A stretch of 64,000 bases of DNA from an uncultured Acidiferrobacteraceae bacterium (GTDB lineage Bacteria; Pseudomonadota; Gammaproteobacteria; Acidiferrobacterales; SZUA-150). Location: positions 2,026 through 66,025 of the forward strand of contig CAJVXY010000005.1 of NCBI GenBank assembly GCA_913009895.1. The letters are read 5' to 3'. The notes beneath the pieces were generated by a model that was given only the letters and a program-made list of their open reading frames with translations, did not search any database and was not told the origin of the DNA. A program made the translations under genes and the position numbers. This document shows, one piece after another, positions 58,016 through 64,000 of this stretch (within the stretch, counting starts at the first letter, position 1; the number at the start of each line of letters is the position of its first letter).

Positions 58016-58786
58016 ATGAACACAAGCACCCGCCAGCAACTTACATTCAAAAATAAAACAGGCCATGCCCTGTCGGCAATACTGGAAAAACCCGAATCAG
58101 ATATAAAGGGTTATGTCTTATTCGCTCACTGTTTCACCTGTGGTAAAAATATCGGCACCGCAACACAAGTTAGCCGTGCACTGGCAAAAAGAGGTTTTGC
58201 GGTATTGCGTTTTGATTTTACCGGGCTCGGTGGTAGCGAGGGTGATTTCTCCCATACCAACTTTAGCTCTAACATTGACGACCTGGTAGCTGCGGCAGAT
58301 TATATGCGTGATCATTTGCAGGCACCGGACATACTGCTCGGTCATAGTCTGGGTGGTGCTGCTGCTATTATTGCTGCCAATCGTATACCCGAAGTACGCG
58401 CCATAGCCACGATTGCCGCCCCCAGTGATCCGGCCCACCTGGAACAACTGCTAACTGAAACAATGTCCACTATTCGTAAACAGGGCTGGGCCCACGTGAA
58501 CATTGGTGGTCAGAGATTTACCCTGCGCCAGCAGTTCCTGGATGATATTAGCGAACATTCATTGGCCGATGCCCTGAGGTCACTGAACCGCCCCTACCTG
58601 GTGCTGCACTCCCCCGATGACAAACTGGTGGAGTTTGAACATGGCCGCCATTTATTTGATATGGCCCTGGAGCCCAAGAGTTTTATCTCCCTGGATGGTG
58701 CCGATCATTTGTTAAGTAAAACTGCGGATGCCGACTTAGCCGCGGAAAAAATTGCTAACTGGAGTAGTCGTTACCTTGAGAACTAA
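58016..58786 (+). CDS. Alpha/beta hydrolase
   Basis: The likely start is MNTSTRQQLTF (the track ORF starts at 57947). It has the nucleophile elbow GHSLGG and a C-terminal SPDDKLV...DGADH. Confidence 0.8.
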   Translation: MNTSTRQQLTFKNKTGHALSAILEKPESDIKGYVLFAHCFTCGKNIGTATQVSRALAKRGFAVLRFDFTGLGGSEGDFSHTNFSSNIDDLVAAADYMRDHLQAPDILLGHSLGGAAAIIAANRIPEVRAIATIAAPSDPAHLEQLLTETMSTIRKQGWAHVNIGGQRFTLRQQFLDDISEHSLADALRSLNRPYLVLHSPDDKLVEFEHGRHLFDMALEPKSFISLDGADHLLSKTADADLAAEKIANWSSRYLEN

Positions 58787-59010
58787 ATATTGCAAATTGG
58801 CATTATCTGTCCCTGACAAATTACTCGCTGGTTTTCTATCAAATAATCATATTTAGTGCGGTATCTCAATTTATTATCCAGAAATACCTGCAAGTAGTCT
58901 CCTAACCTTGAGGTTAATCAATACAATTCTTGTGGCACTACCTATACTGGCCGTGCAGGGATTGTAATTCTACGGGGTTGACGTGGAATCTGTTTCTTCG
59001 GGGGTTTGGA

Positions 59011-62000
59011 ATGACTGCCACACAAAAAAAAATAAAACCGGCCAAGCTAAGCATCCCCAGGTTGCGTTCTGTTTTTCGCCGCGATCGGTTGCATGCACTT
59101 TGGGACAAGGCACGGTCCGAGGGCTGCCAGGTTCTGTGGCTATCGGCGCCGGGTGGTTCCGGTAAAACCCTGGCGGTTGCCGACTACCTGCGACAGAAAA
59201 AACTCCCTACTACCTGGTATCAATTTGACGAAGCCGATACCGATCCAGCATCGTTCTTTCATCACCTGACCCAGGCATCGGAGACCAGGAAACCTGCTTC
59301 CCTGCCTTCTTTAACCGCAGAATACAGCTTTGGCCTGGAGACTTTCGCACGCAACTATTTTCGTGAACTCGGCCAACACCTCAAGACACCGGGTTTACTG
59401 GTATTTGATAATTACCAGGACCTGCCTGGGCAATCCATAATAAATACCTTGCTGCCTGTGGGTATCACAGCACTTCCGGCAGATATCACAGTCGTAATCA
59501 TTAGCCGCATAGAACCACCGGAAAGTTTTATACGATTACGGGCCCATGGTGATTTACGCTTGTATGACTGGGAAACATTAAAACTTACTCACGATGAAAC
59601 CGGGGAAGTGTGTAAATTTCTCGAGGGTAGTGACGTGGCCCCTGATCATATTGAACGACTCTATGAATCAACCCATGGCTGGATTACCGGGCTTGTGCTG
59701 ATGCTGGAAAGCAAGCAAGAACCCAGGGCAGAAGCGGATCAACAGGAACTGATATTCAGTTATTTTGCCAGAGAAATTTTTGCCCGTGCGGACCAGGATG
59801 TCCAGGAGTTATTATTAAAAACGGCGATGCTCCCGGAAATGACCATTGAAACCATTATTGCAGTCACCGGACAACCCAATGCCCGGGAAATCATAGAAGA
59901 CTTACACCGACGCAACTTTTTTATTGTTGAGCTGGGTCATGATCCCGTTTATTACCGATACCATCCCCTGTTTCAACAATATCTTATTGGCGCTGCCCAG
60001 GCCAGGTATCCGGAAGTCGAGTATAAAAGCCTGGTGGAAAAGTCAGCCAATGCCCTGCGCCTGACAAAAAAACCGGAACTGGCCATCCCATTATATCTTG
60101 CCTCGGAAAACTATGCAGTGGCTTGTAATTTGTTATTACAGATTGTCGAGCCCTTACATAAGCAGGGACGTGATGCGACTTTACGAGAATGGATAAATAA
60201 ACTGCCTGGCGAACTGGCTATGAACAATGGCTGGATACAATACTGGCTGGGTCAGACCATGATAGCCTTTGATCCGTTACAGGCCCACGATTGTTTTGAG
60301 AGGGCCTATCAAATTTTTTCAGAATCAAATGAAGTAAATGGCCAGTACCGCGCTATCAGTGGCGGATGCCGATCTCTATATGTATCCCAGCGCGAGCAAA
60401 CCGGACAGGATGTCTGGATTAACAGAATTGTCGAGCTGGATAAGATTTGCCCACTCACATCTGTTAATACGGATACTGCGGATATTTTAGCTAACGTATT
60501 ACTGGTTATGCACTGGCGGGACCCCACAAACAAATACATGCTCAAATATTTGGTGGAAGCAGAAAAAATATGGAGCGAGACCAATGATGTCGACAAGCGC
60601 CTTAATCTTGGTGTCACAATTGTGTGTTTATGGGGTGGTTTGGGTAATGTACGGGAGGGCATCGCCTTACTGCAACAACAACAACAATTGGCAGAACGGC
60701 TCCCCCGGGTATCATTATCGGTGTTATGGCATTACATGTATGTGGGGTTTTCTAATTGTTTCGCCGGACAACTGGACAAGAGCCAGGCAGCGATCGATCG
60801 CGCCCTGGGACTGGCAGAATCATCCGGTATCCATGTTGCAGACCTGCTTTTACTGGGGGTTGGGGCTCACAATCCATTGTTAACGGGAAGGTTATCTTTG
60901 GCCGATCACTACCTTGACCGTATGCAGCCCATCCTGGCGTCAATGCCCCTGAACCTTGATGCGGCCCACTATCATATCCTGCGGGGCTGGCGAAACTTGT
61001 GGGGAAAAGACTATCAAGCAGCGTTAATGGAGAGCCAAAAAGCGGTTGCTATCGCCGAAACAATTGGCGCGAAATATCCCTTGTCTCTATGTAAATATGG
61101 TTTGGCCCATGCGCATATTGCCAACGGTGACTTCGACCAGGCCCAAACCTTGTTGCATCTGGCCCATAGCCCATTCGGAGAAGGAACCTATCGTCGTTTG
61201 GATTATGAGATTGCCCTGGCCGAAGTCTATATCGATATATTGACGGGCAATCGCCAAGGCGCCATAGAAAAAATTAAACAAGGAATGCAGATCGCTGTCG
61301 CAGACGGTTATGGTCCGCCACTATGGGGCTATCCGGATTTCCTGTTGGCTGTTTTCGGGCTTGCACTGGAAGAACAAATCGAAGTGCCCTATATTCAAAA
61401 ATTGATTCAGATCGCCTGCCTGGTTCCCGATTCCCCACCATTGCATCTATACAACTGGCCCTATCCGATCAAGATTTACACCCTGGGGCGTTTCAGTTTG
61501 TTGAGAGGTGATGCGCCATTACAAATGGCCAACAAGGAACAATCCAGGCCACTGGAAATGCTAAAAATGCTGATTGCATTTGGTGGCAGAGGAATCAGCG
61601 AAGAGTTATTTAACGAACATATGTGGCCCGATGCAGAAGGTGATGCGGCCCACAGTTCTTTTGCTACTACCCTGTCGAGATTACGCAAACTCCTGGGCCA
61701 GGACACCCTGTTACTCAGTGGCGGCAAATTGAGCCTGGATGACCGACGCTGCTGGATCGATGTCTGGGCTTGCGAACGTTTATTAGGTCAGCTGGATCAC
61801 TTATTCGAAACAGATGAGCCACCAGAAGTTATTAAAAATTTACTTGCTAAAGCCATTGAATTGCATCGTGGCCCGTTTCTACAGGCAGAAAACGGGGGTT
61901 GGGCAATCACACTGCGTGAAAAAATACGTACCCGCTTGCTGAGAAACATTAAAAAACTCATTCTTTTAAGCCATGATTGTCAGCAGGTAATTGAACTCCA

Positions 62001-62253
62001 TGAACAGGCATTACAACTTGATGATTTGTCAGAGGATAGCTATAGAGGGCTGATGGCCTGCCTGGCGGCGCAGGGTAATGTCGCAAAGGCTTGTGCGGTC
62101 TACCACCGCTGCCAAAATATTTTACACACGACCTTTGGCATAGAACCGAGCGCCCAAACACGGCAGACCTATGATGCAATTAAGAACGAGAATCAAGCCG
62201 AAATTATGAACGCCTGCAAAACCTGTAAGCGGGAAAATAACGCTTTACCATAA
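59011..62253 (+). CDS. STAND-type regulator: MalT-like N-terminal ATPase, helical/TPR-like middle, C-terminal SARP (winged-helix plus BTAD) domain
   Basis: The likely start is MTATQKKIKPAKLSIPRL. Walker A is LSAPGGSGKT and Walker B is LLVFDNYQD. The C-terminus reads IKIYTLGRFSLLRGDAPL...RPLEMLKMLIAFGGRGISEELFNEHMWPD...YRGLMACLAAQGNVAKACAVYHRCQNILHTTFGIEPSAQTRQTYDAI. Confidence 0.75.
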   Translation: MTATQKKIKPAKLSIPRLRSVFRRDRLHALWDKARSEGCQVLWLSAPGGSGKTLAVADYLRQKKLPTTWYQFDEADTDPASFFHHLTQASETRKPASLPSLTAEYSFGLETFARNYFRELGQHLKTPGLLVFDNYQDLPGQSIINTLLPVGITALPADITVVIISRIEPPESFIRLRAHGDLRLYDWETLKLTHDETGEVCKFLEGSDVAPDHIERLYESTHGWITGLVLMLESKQEPRAEADQQELIFSYFAREIFARADQDVQELLLKTAMLPEMTIETIIAVTGQPNAREIIEDLHRRNFFIVELGHDPVYYRYHPLFQQYLIGAAQARYPEVEYKSLVEKSANALRLTKKPELAIPLYLASENYAVACNLLLQIVEPLHKQGRDATLREWINKLPGELAMNNGWIQYWLGQTMIAFDPLQAHDCFERAYQIFSESNEVNGQYRAISGGCRSLYVSQREQTGQDVWINRIVELDKICPLTSVNTDTADILANVLLVMHWRDPTNKYMLKYLVEAEKIWSETNDVDKRLNLGVTIVCLWGGLGNVREGIALLQQQQQLAERLPRVSLSVLWHYMYVGFSNCFAGQLDKSQAAIDRALGLAESSGIHVADLLLLGVGAHNPLLTGRLSLADHYLDRMQPILASMPLNLDAAHYHILRGWRNLWGKDYQAALMESQKAVAIAETIGAKYPLSLCKYGLAHAHIANGDFDQAQTLLHLAHSPFGEGTYRRLDYEIALAEVYIDILTGNRQGAIEKIKQGMQIAVADGYGPPLWGYPDFLLAVFGLALEEQIEVPYIQKLIQIACLVPDSPPLHLYNWPYPIKIYTLGRFSLLRGDAPLQMANKEQSRPLEMLKMLIAFGGRGISEELFNEHMWPDAEGDAAHSSFATTLSRLRKLLGQDTLLLSGGKLSLDDRRCWIDVWACERLLGQLDHLFETDEPPEVIKNLLAKAIELHRGPFLQAENGGWAITLREKIRTRLLRNIKKLILLSHDCQQVIELHEQALQLDDLSEDSYRGLMACLAAQGNVAKACAVYHRCQNILHTTFGIEPSAQTRQTYDAIKNENQAEIMNACKTCKRENNALP

Positions 62254-62413
62254 ATTGACATAAACCTGCCAGCCTGGTTAAAGGCCGGCCACACCCCCTT
62301 CCCCCTTATGAATAATAACTTGATTTTTATCAAGCCAGCTTTCCTGTTCCAACCAATTCTATATATAATTTTTTGTGACCTGCATGTGACCCCGGCGGGT
62401 GTAGCTTGGTGTC

Positions 62414-62611
62414 ATGGAAAAACAGCATACAAACAGCGTGGCTAACCGGAATGTGGAAAATTATGTATTACGTCTTTACCGGCAAAGTGGGGCATCAGAT
62501 CACCAGGAGCTGGTGGGGATACTCGAAGAGCCAGCCTCCGGTGAGCGCTGGCCTTTCAAGTCATTGCGGGAACTTAACCACCTGCTTAAGGCACGCCAGG
62601 ATATTGAATAA
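62414..62611 (+). CDS. Small hypothetical protein (65 aa)
   Basis: ORF with YVLRLYRQSG...LVGILEEPASGERWPFKSLRELNHLL; the RBS is weak. Confidence 0.45.
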   Translation: MEKQHTNSVANRNVENYVLRLYRQSGASDHQELVGILEEPASGERWPFKSLRELNHLLKARQDIE

Positions 62612-62649
62612 TTAGAGACTAAGGCAAGATTGTATAAAAGGAGGCAATC

Positions 62650-62808
62650 ATGAAACGTTTAATCACAATACTGGTTTTTATTACAGCCATTGTCACACTG
62701 ACTGCCTGTGGTAACAGTAGTAGCGGCGGTGGTGGTGGATCACCCCCGGCAAATCCAGGCTCCAGTAACTGGGATGAATTGGTCTGGGATCAGGATGACT
62801 GGGCCTGA
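62650..62808 (+). CDS. Small lipoprotein (52 aa); below the ORF-track size cut-off
   Basis: AAAGGAGG RBS, then MKRLITILVFITAIVTLTAC|GNSSSGGGGGSPPANPGSSNWDELVWDQDDWA-stop. Confidence 0.6.
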   Translation: MKRLITILVFITAIVTLTACGNSSSGGGGGSPPANPGSSNWDELVWDQDDWA

Positions 62809-62833
62809 TGATTTAAAAGTTGGAGGATGTGAT

Positions 62834-64000
62834 ATGAAGACATTTAATAAATATTTTGTATTCGCATTGTGCAGCTTGTTTTATGCAACTGCCTGGGCTA
62901 GCAACGTTACTATCCCCAACAATTTTACCTCTGGCACACCTGCAGTAGCGGCTGATGTGAATGCCAACTTCGGTGCAGTGGAAACCGCGGTGGATGAAAA
63001 TGATGGCCGCATTACAATTAATGCCAGTGACATGGCGGCACTGCAATCAACTGTTAGTACTTTGCAGTTAACCATTTCCAGTTTGCAATCTGACCTGGAG
63101 AATGCCAACAATGCCATTAACGCATTACAAACCACAATGACAGGTAAAGCGGATGTCAGTCACAACCACGATGCCAGTTACTCGGCCCTGGGTCATAATC
63201 ATGCCGGAACCTATTCGTTAATTTCACACGATCATGCTGGTGTTTACGCCCCATTGAAACACGGTCACGTGTTAGGCGAAATCAAAGGCTTGGTTCCTGC
63301 GCTTAATACCCACACCAGCCAGATCGGCACCCACACCAGCCAGATCAGCGCCATTAACAGCAGTGAGATCATGGCACTGTCTCCATATGTGACCGTAGCC
63401 AACGACAGTCGCGGACCCATCGCCACCTTCAGCGGTCTCAACCTGCAACTTGTCAACGGGACAGGTACAACCGACGGTGTCCCCAATCGATTGGGTAACT
63501 TTATTATTGGCTATGACGTGGCCCGCAATGACAATTCCTACTTTTGCTCCTCGGGAAATTACACAAGCCTGACAAGCTGTGGGAATGCTGGTTATACCTG
63601 GGCCGTGTCACACAAGACCGGTTCCCATTACTTGATAATCGGCGACCAAAATAACTATAGCCAATACGGCGGTCTCGTAGTAGGCAGGAGAAATACCAGC
63701 AACCGTGATTATGCGAGTGTTAGTGGTGGCCAATTCAATATTGCCAGCGGTAGTTATTCCAGCATCAGCGGCGGTAGTGCCAACAAGGCAAGCGGAGGTG
63801 TTGCTAGCATCAGCGGTGGTAGTGGCAACATTGCAAGCTTTGACTTTACCAGTATCAGCGGCGGTCTCGGCAACACTGCCAGTGGCGTCAATGCCAGCAT
63901 CAGCGGCGGTGGCGGTAATATCGCCAGCCACAACAATTCCAGCATTCTCGGTGGTGTCGGCCAGACAACAAGCAACCCGAGCCAGACCATCCCGGCGCTG
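62834..64000 (+). CDS. Secreted tail-fibre-like / YadA-head-like repeat protein, 5' partial (continues past the window end)
   Basis: Absent from the ORF track (no stop codon). GGAGGA RBS and signal peptide MKTFNKYFVFALCSLFYATAWA. It then has a coiled-coil segment, HxH repeats (SHNHDASYSALGHNHAGTYSLISHDHAGVYAPLKHGH) and SGGxxNxAS repeats. Confidence 0.75.
   Translation, partial: MKTFNKYFVFALCSLFYATAWASNVTIPNNFTSGTPAVAADVNANFGAVETAVDENDGRITINASDMAALQSTVSTLQLTISSLQSDLENANNAINALQTTMTGKADVSHNHDASYSALGHNHAGTYSLISHDHAGVYAPLKHGHVLGEIKGLVPALNTHTSQIGTHTSQISAINSSEIMALSPYVTVANDSRGPIATFSGLNLQLVNGTGTTDGVPNRLGNFIIGYDVARNDNSYFCSSGNYTSLTSCGNAGYTWAVSHKTGSHYLIIGDQNNYSQYGGLVVGRRNTSNRDYASVSGGQFNIASGSYSSISGGSANKASGGVASISGGSGNIASFDFTSISGGLGNTASGVNASISGGGGNIASHNNSSILGGVGQTTSNPSQTIPAL

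Overview
This window looks like a chromosomal segment of a moderate-GC gammaproteobacterium, probably a sulfur oxidiser (my inference from gene content and E. coli-like synteny). The conserved backbone is carB/carA, dapB, an MgtC-family gene, hrcA-grpE-dnaK-dnaJ, nadK-recN, a GNAT gene, fur, bamE, the rnfH-like and ratA-like pair, smpB and ssrA (tmRNA, tag ANDDNYALAA), followed by fabA-fabB. Further on come a SoeABC-like molybdoenzyme operon and a histidine kinase / CheY / GGDEF-EAL cluster. After that lie TetR, TusA, an ECF sigma with its anti-sigma, MBL, GST, a phosphoesterase with a Ser/Thr kinase-USP fusion, ald, a CDGSH protein and pldA. The window ends with a large STAND/SARP regulator and a truncated tail-fibre-like gene. 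Accessory DNA sits at three places. (1) A ParE-type TA module, a palindromic MITE-like element and an AT-rich membrane gene lie between dapB and carA. (2) An integrase-less island of about 8 kb lies directly 3' of ssrA (18.7-26.7 kb). It holds AT-rich orphan genes, a HigBA-like TA pair, two Y1/RAYT-type transposase genes (one frameshifted), REP hairpins, short repeat families and gene debris. (3) A 2.4 kb insertion bracketed by a duplicated ankyrin-gene 3' end (44.5-47.2 kb) carries a cNMP-binding protein and IS remnants. The items most worth follow-up are the anti-sigma factor fused to a DsrE-like (COG1416) domain next to TusA, the REP/RAYT cassette-like array, the MITE whose loop is inverted between its two copies, and the STAND-SARP regulator with a small-protein/lipoprotein/tail-fibre-like cluster. 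No CRISPR array, rRNA or tRNA gene was seen. All calls rest on reading the translations and the sequence by eye; no database search was run.
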